64,000 nucleotides of DNA from Geosiphon pyriformis uo1. Its lineage: Eukaryota > Fungi > Glomeromycota. Location of the stretch: assembly GCA_016748015.1 (NCBI GenBank), contig JAAOMT010000263.1, positions 7,899 through 71,898 on the forward strand, written 5' to 3'. The translations under genes and the position numbers were made by a program. Shown in pieces: positions 50,601 through 64,000 of the stretch (position 1 is its first letter; each line of letters begins with the position of its first letter). Below the pieces are notes generated by a model, which had not been told where the DNA came from, did not search any database, and was given only the letters and a program-made list of their open reading frames with translations.

Positions 50601-53159
50601 AATTTCCATTCTTATTCAGTGCAAATCGACGTGAGTATCGCATTTTTTTGTTTGTTTTTTCTCATTACTAAGATAGTAAAAACTAAAGAACAAGCGGCAT
50701 AGATTTAATCACGATGTCGATGCCGTTCATCATTTATCCTCCGAGTGGAGCACACTGTTAGCTAGAAACGTTTCGTCTAAAAATAGCTAAGAAGGAAATT
50801 ACCAATAATTCAAATATCAAATACTGAAACCATTTCAAAGTTTAAAATTCTGGACTGTGATTTACTTTTTGCATTAATACCACCAAAACAAGTCAAGGTT
50901 ACCAAAATTTCATTGCATTTAAATAAAGTTAACGTTCTTCCATATAAATGAAAATTATTGGCTCTCTGGTTAAAAGAGCTACTTTAATTTGAGTTAGACC
51001 CACTGTTTTCAAAGCCTAAGAAGGCCAGAAGTGTTTTATTAGATATTAAGCTTATTTTATATTGGAAACTTGTGATTTGGCAAAAAGGTTTAGTAAATAG
51101 AATTGACTCTATTCACATAATTTAGTTTAAAAGATTTTTCCAATTGACATAATATTTAATTGGGAAAATTATAACAAATTGAATTATAAACAAATAAAAT
51201 TTATAACATTAAAAAAGTTCATTCAAAATAAATACATATTATGTTTCAATATTAAAAAAACACTTGAAAATTTTTAATTTGAAAAAATACTTTAAAATAA
51301 CAATAATTTTTTTTAATTCAAAAGCTGAAATTGTTAATTTTTGTATTAATTTAATTTTAAACAATAAATCATTAATAAATATAATTGTTAATCACATTTT
51401 AATATAATTAGATAAAAACACTTGCACATGTTCAAAATATTAATAATTATTATTTATCATAATTAAAAATCTATTTTTAAATTGTTAAAAACAATTTTAA
51501 TTTGGAAACAAAATAATACTAATAATAAAATTATTATTATTATTATTGCTGTTAACAATAGATATTTACACCAAAAAAAATTATTTTAATTATAAAACAT
51601 ATGAATTTACAATTAGTTTAATAAATATCTAATTAATTTCTTATATCATTAATAGAAATTAATTTTTAAGAAAATTCTTTATTTATAATATCTTTAAAAT
51701 GCTTAAATTATCTATTATTTTTATTTTATTTTATTATTGATTTTAATTAAGTCACTAATTTGTTTAATAATTAAATATTTTGACTTGAGCATTATGTTTA
51801 ACTAGTTAAAATTAAAGTATGCATTACATAAAAACATATGTATTATGTTATTAATAAGAATTTAAATAAGTAATATTGCAGAAGTTATGTAAATTAAACA
51901 GACTTTGAAAAATTTAATAATAATTAGTAAGTGTAGTATTTAATTTATATTATATATAAATTTTTATAATCAGAAAAATTCAAAATTTAAAAAATTGTTA
52001 AATTAAAAATATGTATTAAATTAAGCAAATTTTTATAATGTAAATATAAATCTGTTCACAATGGTTATTAGCAAACTAAATAAAAAATTTCAACAAATTT
52101 TATTAATGATTTTTAATCGTTACAATGCGATATTGTATATATAAAATTTTAGATTAATTATTATTATTATAAGATTTTTCTTAATATGTTGTTATTTTTT
52201 AATTTATTATTTTATTAATAATAAATGAACAAAAACTTATTTAAAATTACCGACCAAAAATTCAATTTAATATTTATATACAAAAAGTTTTACATAATAA
52301 AAAATGGTTTAAGATATTAAATTTGAAAAATTTTCAATTTATCTGGCTGTTGAAAATTTGTTAGATAAATAAATTAGTTTTATCTTATCAAAAATTTTAT
52401 AACAAAAAATGCTATCAAGATGTAAATGGTTACTATTTTTCACAAAAATTTATACAAATAACTGTTTAAAATGCCATTTGGCTTTCAAAATTTATAATCT
52501 GAATTCAATTAAAATATTAATATAATCTTTCTTAAATATAAAAAAAGCTGAAATTTAAACAATAGTGATAACAAAAATTTAGATTTATATATGTTTTAAT
52601 AATTATAAAAAATAGTGATAAATATTTTATAATAATTTTATAGCTATAAAAACTTTTAGCAATTTTTTAGAAAAATTCTGAATAAATAAAAGTTTGAGGC
52701 ATTAATAATAATAAAATAATAATAATTTATTTATATTTACAATATTTTTGTATTTAATTTTTATGATTGTATGAAATTATTTGCAACAATTATTGTTATG
52801 TCAAAATTTAAGAAAAAAATTTAAAGTTTGATAATTTAAAGATAATAAATACATTGTAAATATAATTTTAAATCTTAATTAACAAATCTTCAAATAAAAA
52901 TTATTTATAAAAAAGCAATTTTTGGTGCAAAATTAAGTTAATAATTAATAATTAATTTAGAATTTAAATAAAAATATGTTGTTAAATTTATTTTTATAAT
53001 TATTAATTTATTAAGAAATAAGATTTTTTAATACATTTTGAGAGAAAAGCTTGATAAATAAACAGAATAGACCACGAACATTGAACGTCAGCCGTTACAA
53101 CTATTTAAGATTTCTTTTGTATTGCAAGGCTGTGTTAAATTTTTTCCCAGTCAAAATAG

Positions 53160-54001
53160 AATTCTAAAAACTTAATATTTAGGAAAACCCACCGAACTAA
53201 TAATTTTCATTTCTATTTTTTCGGATATTATATCATTAAAGACTTTTCTATGATTGCCTTCTTAGATTCTGAAATACATGATGTTCAAAAAGATGAAAAT
53301 CAGTTGCATCGATGTAACAAATTAGAATCATATCCAAATCGGCTGTTTTATATTTTGCATTTCAAGAAGCTTTGATTCAAGATTTAATTGAGAAGAAAGT
53401 CATAGTTGAAGTTTGATGACTCTCCGATTCAGGTAAAACTCTCATAAATGGTTTTACTTTATGACAAAAGTTAACAGAAGATATATGAAAGAACCAAATA
53501 AAGGCAGGAATTCTTCTGTCTAGTTAAGAATTTCTTCTAACTTAATATTTTTACCTTATTTAGCAACTCCCCGTTTTCCCATATTTCAGATTCTACCATA
53601 GCTAAGTAATTCAGCGGTAAAATTAAGGAAATAGCATTTTTACTAGGAAAGGCTAAATCTTGAGAATTGAAAACAGTTGCTGAATTTTTTAAGAATTTCA
53701 TTAAAAAATTAAGGTACTCTGTATAAATCAAGATATATTTTACCGCTATACATCTATCTAGACATAAACTAAAAAATATTCAATAACTTAAATAAATATT
53801 TAAAAACATATTTTAAGTTCCCTGAATTATCACCTCAAATTTTTGAGGTGAAATATTAGGCTGTGAAAAGATAATGTTATTATTTTCTCTATAAAAATAA
53901 TTACTAGAGAGTACTAGCAAATAAGCATTTAAAGTACTAATATTATTAAATCCATTGCCAAGCTCCGAAATCGTGCTGCGTAATAAATGTTCAAAGTACA
54001 A
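53160..54001 (-). pseudogene. Heavily deleted BTB-BACK-TLDc relic
   Basis: Fragments LSSNYFYRENNNIIFSQPNISPQKFEVII and NSATVFNSQDL...MVESEIWE, plus FFHISS-like and FHLF-like DNA. These are collinear with the intact paralogue but carry large deletions and stops. Confidence 0.75.
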
Positions 54002-55104
54002 TTCTTTATGTTTTTATGATTCCCTGTTTTATGTTTACTTTGGCAAAAAGATCCATTATTAGTAAAAGCAATCCTTTGAATTTTAGTTTTTGCACCCCTT
54101 TTATCACAGGATAAAACCATAAAAAGTTAAGAAGATTTCCTTCAACAAATTACCTAAATTTAATTAAGAATTGTAATTTTTCAATGTATATTATCTTGGT
54201 ATAGTCCCCGGCTATTTAAAAAGTGTAAATTTTTAGATTAAAATTAAACAAAATAACGATTGTATTTAATTTTTACAGAGCAATTATAAAGAAAATAAGA
54301 GACTTTAAATAAATTTTAGAAAGGAAACTTGACAAGCTTCAAATTTTTTCAATTAAAATAACTTCATTTTCTATTTATCAATTTTCAAAAATTGAATAAA
54401 AATAAAAACAGTGCAATTAAGCTGTTATTTTTTAATTGTAAACAACTGAATTAATATTAAAACTTGTTAAAAACTTTTAAATTAAATTGTATTTTTATTT
54501 TTCGAAAATACATATTATAAAAAATTAAACTAAATTTATGGATTAAAGGCCTGGTTTGGTGGTATTATTGTGTCAAATTAAAATTTAGATTAAATTTCCA
54601 ATTATGATTTAATAATATTTGTTTTAATTATAGTTAATAAGTTTTTTTAAAGATATTATTATTAATATTAAGGTAATAATAATAAAAATTTATCGCTAAA
54701 ATGCTTAATATAATTGAAATTAATTTTAAATAGAGAAATAATTGTTAAATTGTTGTTTTTGTGGTTTGATTTATATTTATATTTCACAATTAAATTATTT
54801 ACCAAAAATTACTATGCAGTTATCCAAATTCAGAAAAAAATAACTTGCAATACATATACGTTGATTCAATTGTTTGCTTGACTAGTTTTTTAAGATTTAT
54901 TTTATTGTTGTTTTTGGTAAAATTTCAAGTTTTGCAATATAATTATTATTAAAATAAGTAAAATAATATTTCATATTCAATTGTATATATTTATTTTGGG
55001 ATTTGAAGCAATAAGCTATGGATGACTCTACTGATGCAAATTTCTAAAATAGTGAGTCCCATTTAATATAAAGCTTAGAAAATGCAAAATGAATTGTATA
55101 AAAC

Positions 55105-56611
55105 TCAATAGCGTATTTTTCTGATTTTAAAAACTTCATACTCCTCAACAAAGAAGCACACTCGTTCATTTTCAGAACCAGGCATTATTGCATCCTCATA
55201 TGATGAATCCTTTTGACAAGAGCATCCAGGACTATTTTGAAAATCACTACCACCCATTATAATACTACTCATACCGAAACCGGGTCCATGATCTGAGCTA
55301 CCAAAAGCTCCCTGTTCGCTAACTGATTTGCTAAGTTTAGCATTTTCAGCTTTGCCATCTCCAAGGGAAAAAATAAAACTTTTTTCTCCATCTAACCAAT
55401 CATCGTAAGAATGCCAAGAATATTGACTATATCCACCAATCAGTTGACCAGTTTCTTTCACTTTGATAACAATAATTGTTGCATTTTCATCATCGCATAA
55501 TCGATGAAAATCGGCTGGGGTAAATCCATCTCGACTGCCTCGAAGTAACAAGTCAAACCTATTTCCAAGTTGGTTTTGAAAAGGAGTATTGTTATCTTTG
55601 TCCTGAACCCAGTGATCAAGCTGCCTCACATTATGCAAATAAAGAAGCTTCGATTCTATATCTAGTTGAAGGCGAAATGGCTGAGCGTCTACAGATTTTT
55701 GCTGACTCCCCGGTACTAGATAGTGATGCAAAAGATCTTTATATAAAGTTCTAGGTAAAATTCTTCCAAATGGCTTTACTTTGTGATAGAATACAGCTGA
55801 GGATATATGAAAGAACCGTATTAAAGGTAGAAGCTCTTCAATTGATCCCTTAAAGGCCTCAAAGTTTTCATTTGTCCAATTTAGAATTTCCTCTGCTTTA
55901 ATATTGCTACCCGATTTGGCAACTCCCCATTCTATAATCTTTTCCCATATTTGAGATTCTTCTAAATTAAGGTCATCTCTGCATAGAACTGAAGCTAAAG
56001 CACTTTTGTTGAGGGTAGTGAACTCTTTTGAATTAAAGATTGCAGCTGGATTTCTAGCAGTTATGTCGGTAAAAAAATTTTGGAGCTTTTTAAAAGATCC
56101 ATGCCTATTGGATGTTTCACGTAAAGTGAAAAAGTTTTCTTTCATCTCTTCTTCATATTGTTCAATTAGGTAGTCTTCAAGGTGGCTAATTAGATCTTCC
56201 ATAATAAGCTCATCGGCGGCAACAAGCAATTCTATAATTATAGGTACTTCATATTCGTCAAGCAATATTTCACCACTATATATGTGTCTAGATAAACCAA
56301 TAAACAAATATAAATAAAATATTAGCAAGTATATTTTAAGCAAACTAAACTTACCGAAGTATCACCTCAAACATTTGTGGTGAAATATTAGGCTTAGAGA
56401 AGATAATGGTGTTATTTTCTCTTTTAACCCAATTACTAGAGAGTGCTACAGCAAAATAGGAGGATCTTGCTGCTAAAATCTGCGAGTGAGCATGAAAAGT
56501 TTTAGTATTAAGACCATTACCGACGATAATCCTAACATCTACGAATATTTCGTTATTCAATAAGGTGCCGAAGTCGCGAAGTAAAGCGTGGAGGAGTTTT
56601 TGGGACGCCAT
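55105..56611 (-). CDS. BTB-BACK-TLDc domain protein (intact, 479 aa)
   Basis: Exons 56611-56355 and 56287-55105 splice in frame (CG|A). BTB motif FHAHSQILAARSSYF, BACK motifs EESQIWEKIIEWG and LLPLIRF, and a complete TLDc domain. Confidence 0.92.
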
Positions 56612-56870
56612 GAATCTCCAGAAATCACAATTTTTGGTCTTTATAACTCTGCCCACATTTTTGTTTACCTTGAGCAAGATCCGTGAGTCACTAATAGCGC
56701 AGTTTATGGCGTAGTCTTTTATTTTTTAATCTGCGATTGATTATCACAGATAACGTGATTTTAATCTGAAATTTTTCATTTAAACAATATACCCCTACAA
56801 TAAATTATTCCCATAGCCATCGAGTATTTTTACTGCGTCAGTTAACAAATATTCTATTTAAAATAAATTA

Positions 56871-57562
56871 CCAGAGAGCACTGCCTACAGTAATCGGGTA
56901 TTATTCAAAACTTTTTAATCAGAAAATTGAATAGTAACCGTGGGTACTATACATGCATGGGGATACTTTATAAGATAGCAAAAAAATAATCGAACACAAA
57001 TTATGTAAACCTTTTAAAGCTAAGATAATTAAAATAATTTTTATAATATATTCTAATATTTGATTATTTTTAACAGATTTGTCACATTTATAATGAAGGG
57101 ATGGCAAATGAAATTAAAGAATATACTCCTTCTGGCAAAATTAAATGACCATCCTATGCAACAGTGGCTGAATGGGTGAAAAATGCATTGAAATTCCCTT
57201 AATTCAAAGATCATTCAAATGTTGTGGCATTTCAAATAAAATGGATAGATTGGAGGAAAAATTACTTCTCCATTTTCGAATGTACAATCTAATAGTATTA
57301 ATATTATTGTAATTCATTTTTAACAAGAAAGCAAAATACGTGATTAATCTTTGAATAATTATGAAAATAATTATAATATAGAAAAGAGGATTATAATGTT
57401 GACGAAAGTAATGAAACTGAAACAATATATATTAATAGTCATGAAGACTAAATATATAATAAATTCATAAAACACTCGGGTTTTATTCAATTCTTCAAAA
57501 TTAAAATCGTGTAGTGTACGCGGTCTTAATTATGGCAGGATACCATAGGCAGTGCTCTATGG
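56871..57562 (+). mobile_element. Non-autonomous pogo/Tc1-mariner deletion derivative (MITE-like, ~690 bp)
   Basis: TA on both flanks. TIRs CCAGAGAGCACTGCCTACAGTA (left) and reverse-complemented CCATAGAGCACTGCCTATGGTA (right). Internal remnant EYTPSGKIK*PSYATVAEWVK...IQRSFKCCGISNKMD is typical of the pogo DDE_1 C-terminus. Confidence 0.88.
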
Positions 57563-59374
57563 TATTATATTAGATTTATTTGAATAATTAAATTTTATGT
57601 TTATTTAATTTATGAATTATCAAGGGGAACAAACAAATTTTCATAAATAATGTGCCGCAAAACATGTTTTTTATGGTCTGAAAGGCGTTAGGGTTGACCA
57701 AATGTTGTTAAATTGTGCCAAACCCTTTGTTTAAAATTATTTAAATTGATGGGATAGAAATATTAAGTTAAGCTGAAATTGATACCATCAAGGTAAGTGC
57801 GAAATATATGTTCGTAATTCTTGGTAGTTAAATTATTTTCTTGATTAAGAAAAGTTTAAAAGAGTGCACTAACATAATAGCATAGGAAATGAAGATGTAT
57901 TTTCTATCGCGCATCGGTAGAAAAATGGTATGCAATATATATTTCTAACTTTTTTGTCGAGATAAAAATTTTTTTACACCGAAAGGAATGGTAACATTTC
58001 AACAAAGGTTTTTTGTGAGTCAAAGCTATATGTCTTTAGCAATATAGAGTGAAAGCTCTTAATGAGATTTAGCCAAAGTTTAATCAAAGGAAATAAAAAA
58101 TCACTTACCAAAGCATAAGATTTTTATGCAAAAGAATCAAAATTTTGAAGTTACATTCATTTTTTATTTATAAGAGTAAAATTTAAATTTATTAAGAAAA
58201 TCAAACATATACGTATGACAAATTCAAACCGGAATATTTAAAATGAGAGTATTAATCTAATAGCATATTCTCTTGAAGATAGAATGAAAACAATATGTTT
58301 CATTGTCAAAATTAATTAAAAAAATTCCTTTTAAATTCTTACTACAATGTTTATTTAAAAATTAAATTGTGGTTTTTTGTGATCTTCCAAAAAGATATGT
58401 GAAACTACAATAAATATGAAGTTAAAAATGCTGTAAAGAAAAATGAAAAAGATGACTTGAATGCCATAAAGAATTTGTCGTTTATTTTAAGTTTTATTTA
58501 ATAACAAAACTTTGAAAATAAAATGTAAATAAAGATAAGTTTAATTTTTATTTTTTGATATTCAAAAAATTTAAATCAAATTATTTTAAATCAGTAATAA
58601 AACATATTCAAAAAGTACATAATTTAATGAAAATTTCAAAGCACTAATTAATAATATTAATTTTTTTTATTTATTTTTAAAAATTGGACAACTTTAAAAT
58701 TTTATTTACAATTTATTTGTATTTAAACCAATTTTTTTTTACTTTTTAAAGAAATAACAATTAATATTTAGCCTTCTATAGTATATTTCGAATTTTTGAT
58801 TCTAAAACAAGAATTTTAAAATTTATTATTATACCAAAAATTAAGATAATATACTTAAAAAAAAATGAAATTTGAAAAAACTATAAATATTTTTTTTGAT
58901 CAAATTGAATTCATGTAATTCAAACCTATTTTTTTTATTTTTATTTAAAATAAAATGTAAATGTAACAAATAAGTATTATATAAATTGCAAATTAATTGT
59001 AATTAAGCATTAGACTAATTAAAATTCTATGTAAATAATTCTGATTTTCTGTATATTTTAAAATATGTATCTATATGCCAATTTATTTATATTACCAAAT
59101 TTTAAAAAATTTGTTTTTTATATCGATAATTTCTTGTCAAAATTTTTGCTTTTAAAAATATTTGTAGTTACAGTATTTTATATTTTTGAAAGTTTTAAAT
59201 TATAAGTTATGTTAATATTAATTGTTTTATGAAAATTAAATGTTTTCTTGTTAAAATTATTACCAATAAAATTTTTGATTTTATTTTATATAAAAAAATA
59301 TTACTTACAAAGATTAATTTAAAATTCATTAATTTAAATAAAAAAATTCAATTAATCTTTGTTATATATTTCAG

Positions 59375-60402
59375 GTGTTGGACTGCCGAGATCGTCAAGC
59401 GGCGATCGCTGCTTGCAAATCGGAGATTCTGTCGGGTGCGCCTGATTATCGCACTGCGATGGATGTTTGGCTGGCAAAGCCGGGGCATGTAGTCCATCCC
59501 TTTGGTTACAAAAAAACAATTTTTGATGAGCGGTATCGATGTTTCAATATTTTACAGCGCCAGGCGGTATGCCAGAGGTTTTTATGATATCGCCGAAGTA
59601 GTAGACTGGGAGAGAACCGTGATGGTCTGGCACCTTGAAGTCAGGTACCACGAGCAGGAAGTCGGCTGGATTTCGTTACGCAATGAAAGTCCTGCATGGT
59701 TTATTGCCGGTTGCTGAGAGAATGAAGATTTACAATAAGGATTATCTCAGCTTCAAATGTTTTAAATGTGATGAAGTAGAGTCGTCAGATCATGTTTTTG
59801 AATGCTGCGCTGATGCGGGATTGAGGGTATCCATTTTGAATTATGTTGAGAATTTTTGGAAATCTGAAGTTGGCGAGCAGTGGTACGGTTCAAAATTTGG
59901 TCTGAATTTGGCCGATTTGAATTGTTGAGTGATGTTACTGATGCTGCAAGGAAGTATATGACGCTAGCCAAGGGCTTCGTTTTTAAGGATTGGTTCGTGG
60001 ATTTACATAGTATCTTCGGGTCTGCGAAGCTGGCCACGGCAAAAGTTGTGGAACTTGTTAGATTGGTTATAGATCTTCACAGACAACGAGTCTGGATGGA
60101 TACGACTTCCAGATGGAGAAGCAGGGTTTGATCAGGAATGAGGATTCTGAGATTATCGATCAAGTGAGAAGATTAGATAAGGGTAGGTCGGTTTTGGTGG
60201 AAAGGTGCGGTTGTTGTATAGGTTACGGGTTCACGAAAGAAGCGTTTGATATCACATATTGCAACTTTGGTTTGCGAGGAATTTTTGAATTCAATCGTGG
60301 CGGATTTTTGCGTGTTAGTTGCTAGTGTGGTCTTGATTGGCTCAGGTGTTGATCAAGTGTATAGAGCGTTTAATATAGAACATATGAGTGTTGGACAAAA
60401 AA
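59375..60402 (+). mobile_element. 5'-truncated, internally deleted LINE 3' fragment (RNase H end plus zinc-knuckle region)
   Basis: Abrupt GC/CpG-rich island. Motifs DRQAAIAACKSE (RNase H-like), VDW...VWH, MKVLHGLLPVAER and CFKCDEVESSDHVFEC (CCHC, zf-RVT-like) are spread over shifting frames. Short A tail near 60396-60402. Confidence 0.8.
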
Positions 60403-62029
60403 AGATTTTAATTATTGATTTATATATTTTTTGGAAGAATAACCTTGATTTTACAAAATTTTGAGTTTTTGTTTTGATTTTAATTGATTTTGCTGAATCT
60501 TTAATGATTCTGATAAAATTCTAGAAATTTTATTCAAAACACTCAGATTTGGTCAAACTTTAATTGATTTTACCAATTTTAATATGTGGATAATTCAATT
60601 ATTGTATTTAATTGAATTTTTGAATTTTTGCAAATCAAGTTAATAATAATAGAAATACCGAAAAATTAAATTATGAAAATTAAGAATAATTTATATTGTT
60701 TGTTTTAAATGTCAATTAATAATTCAACAAATTAAAAAATTAAAAAAATAGTTATTAATTTTTTGTATCTAAAAAGCTGATATTTTAGAAATATGTTGCT
60801 GATAATTTTTGTAAGCTGACATAAAATTATAAAATTTAGATTAAACTTTAATCTTATAATAATTCAAATTATTTAAAATATTATATTATCATATTATTTT
60901 ATAATAAAATACTATTTTAATTATTTTACTTAATAATAAATACTTGAAATAAAAACAGACAATGCATTGCACAATGATTTTATGTGTCATTATTTTACCA
61001 AATCTGTGCAAAAATAAAATAATTCTAATTCATTAAATCAACGGGTTCAGTGTTTTAGCAGTAATAAAAAAATTATCCATTTTAAAATTCATCGAAAATA
61101 ATTGAAATTCATTTAAGGTTTTTGGAACTGTTTTTTATTTTAGTAAGCCTAAATAATGCTATTTACTAGACCAACATATAAGCAAATTGTATTTATTTTA
61201 TTTTTTATTATATAACAAGTAGCTGTAAAAACTTAATTCTATTCATTTACAGTTTTTGATATTACAACTATTTATTGAGTTTAAATTCAATATTAATAAA
61301 AAGAAATTGTGAATCAAAAGTATTGAAAATAAAAACTGTAAAATCTGATCTTGCTGAATTTTTTTACTATTACTTAGAATTTGGTAATAATATTTTTTAA
61401 TTTATAAAAAAATGATAATAAATTTTTGTTTATATTTGTGCTTTAATATGATTTTTTAATAACTTATTTTTTGATTTTAAAAAAATATTAATAAACAAAA
61501 CAAGACAAAACTAATTGTTAAAAAGACTATTTTTACATTAATAATACAGTTTTTTTTGTTAACTGTATTAATAAATAAAACTTTTTATCTTTTACAATTT
61601 TTTTTGCTATTAAATTATTTATATGTGTAACTACATAATAAATCTATTTTTCGGAATTATTTTCTAAGAATAAGCTCTAATAAAGACATGTTAATAGATA
61701 ATTTAGATTAAAATATACTGGCAAATTTAAGATTTGTAAAAAGTAACTGATTTATAATAACCTACAAAAATATTATAAAAAAGTGTTAATTTTGTTGTAA
61801 TTATTCTTCTGTGTAATGATTTCACATTTTTTCAAGAAATTTTCTATGTAGAAAAAGTATCGTGACAACAGATGAATTAAATATTAATTGTTTAAGATTT
61901 TTCAAGATATAAGATGCTTGTTAATTAATATAATAATGTGGTTTAATAAAGAAAGCTATGGAAAGTTTTATCTTTAACAGTTCTTTGAATTTAAGCTTTG
62001 AATGATGTAAAAAGATCAAAAATAATATT

Positions 62030-63560
62030 GAGCCAAAATTAGACAACACAAACCACAGAGAGCATATACTAGTCTGAATTGCCTATCTACTTGATCACTC
62101 ATGCCCAAGAAATAGCATATGTGAATGCTACAGAAATGTAAAGACCAAACATTTTTCTTCCTTATACAATTAGAATGAGATGTAATAAAATTGCAGTAAA
62201 GCAAACAAACCTGAATGGTTTTCTCCTATACCATCAGAATAAGGTGATTTACCTTCACTAATTTCTTTAGACATTTTTACTTTCCTGAGCACAAATTTCA
62301 GACTATTTTTTGACCAAAATGTATGCACAGTTGTTAAAAGACCAGATATTTTTTTCCTCCATCCCATTGAAATGAGGTGTAGCACAATTGTTAGCAAACT
62401 GTCCATGCAATGATGAACAGCTCATAGTGCGTTAAAATTATAAATGTGGTCAATTTAATTAAATCCATATTTACTTCAAGTTTTATGTTGTAATAAAATA
62501 GAAATTGAGAAAAGATTTATTTTATTACTAAACGTCCCATCATTGCAAAGGTTATGAAAAGTGAAAATATTTATACTGTGAGTCCTTTTTGTTACTTATT
62601 ATTAGCAAAAATTTTCAATCCATTGAAATATGCAGCATAGGATTTTGGTTTCTTAGTACGAAAAATATGGATTTCATTTTTATTTATATTATTATGAATT
62701 CCACACGATAAATTTAGGCCAGTCCAAAAATTGCGCATTTTTTTAAAAAAAGCAACTTATATACAAAATATAGGTAAGATTATCAACAAACTCTTTCTCT
62801 GTTCTAATAATCTCGAAAATAATTTCTTGTCGTTTAATTGTTTCAGAATCCAATTCTTTTTTGATTTCAGCTGGTACTTTAGCTTCAGAATTTGGCGGTA
62901 ATGTAATGACAAGGTTATTTTATAGTATCAAATTATATTTCTCTTCTCGAAACAAATAATTGATTAAGCAACGTCAATAGATTTCAAGCAGTTTTAACAC
63001 TTTAAAAAGCTTATTTTTGAAAGTATGACTCATAAATAGTACATTATTATTCTAATTTTGCTTTAAAAATTTACAGTTGCCTCTATCAAAATTTGCTTTT
63101 CTCAGGACTTCTTGTGCTGGCCGGTAAAGACAACTATTCGGTTGAAAAAATTTAAATTCCAATGACATCTAGGCTAAATCGATCATATATTTAATGGATT
63201 TTCGAATGGAAATACTTTGCTCAAACATATTTCCTGCTCAAAAGATTGAAATATTGTTTATAGAAGAAAGCTTTTTATCAATTTTTTGAAGATAAAGAAA
63301 AAGTCATATTGTCAGCTATGTTAGATTTGGAAAAAGTTAAATTTGTAATAGTGAAAAGATTCAGCAAACTTCAACTGTTTTTTAACATACTTGAAATTGA
63401 GTTTAGAACTTCTTTTTCTCAAAATTCAAATTTACAATCAGAGATGATAACAACGACTTGAAAAAGCGAATCCATTTTTAAAGACAGACTAGAAAATTTG
63501 GGCTAAAATGGGATGGACCATTGCTGCTGAAAAATGGTGCACATAAACTGAAACTAGATA
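62030..63560 (-). pseudogene. Rom1/Rom2-like RhoGEF relic (DH-domain start; possible CNH remnant)
   Basis: 62880-62764 encodes KVPAEIKKELDSETIKRQEIIFEIIRTEKEFVDNLTYIL, matching the first DH helix (KRQE.IFE.I.TE..FV..L). NNCATPHFNG...NNCAYI near 62390-62320 weakly resembles the CNH start. Flanks have stops and deletions; boundaries approximate. Confidence 0.55.
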
Positions 63561-64000
63561 ACAAAAATACATGTACTTGAGATATAAAAGAAAAAATTAT
63601 ATATTTGTTCTCATGTCTTTAGGTTAATTAATTTTTTTTTGAATATACTGTGAATATAAAACATTCCCGTTGTTACCATCCACCAATGACAATTTTACCC
63701 GCGAGAATTAACATTTTGGCCAAATGATATCGATAAAATCAGAGGGTAGGATGTATTCTTTCAGGGGTAAAAAATTTTTACACAAATTCAAAAAATCATT
63801 TTGCATTATAAATGGCTTTTCAACTGAAATTGTTTTCATACACATCAATATTATTAACTTATGAATAATAAATTTGGGTTTATCATCATTTTCAAATTTT
63901 CTAGAAATTTCACTAAATTATGCAACAAAAAAACTTCTAATATCAATATTTTCATTTTCATTAGGGAGTTTAGCCTTGATTAATTTGAAAAAACTCTATT

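Noticed and set aside
59375-60402. Bacterial or endosymbiont horizontal transfer explaining the GC island
   Set aside because: The translation carries LINE RNase H and CCHC motifs and ends in an A tail.
61542-61570. 10-bp hairpin
   Set aside because: Short and AT-rich; expected by chance.

Overview
Eukaryotic, very AT-rich fungal DNA with short GT-AG introns. The expanded BTB-BACK-TLDc family, the P2X gene and the style of the decayed LINE point to Glomeromycotina/Mucoromycota; from memory the LINE resembles Geosiphon-type elements (not a database result). Gene islands alternate with extremely AT-rich dead-repeat blocks. Contents: (1) five BTB-BACK-TLDc paralogues: one cut by the left edge, two convergent pseudogenes sharing a near-identical 775-bp inverted 3' segment, one heavily deleted relic and one intact gene; (2) a 6-exon orphan tail-anchored coiled-coil gene; (3) a ~10-kb LINE with a hAT transposon nested in ORF1, both destroyed largely by C>T/G>A transitions; (4) three tandem TspO-like/DUF1774-like membrane genes with C-terminal dileucine motifs; (5) an 11-exon, 406-aa P2X-family channel gene that the ORF track only shows in fragments; (6) an intronless Zn2Cys6 transcription factor; (7) a pogo-type deletion derivative; (8) a CpG-rich LINE 3' fragment; (9) a Rom-like RhoGEF relic. 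The best leads are the fungal P2X channel with an altered ligand site, the inverted gene-converted TLDc pair, and RIP-like hypermutation outside Dikarya. All gene models were spliced by hand.
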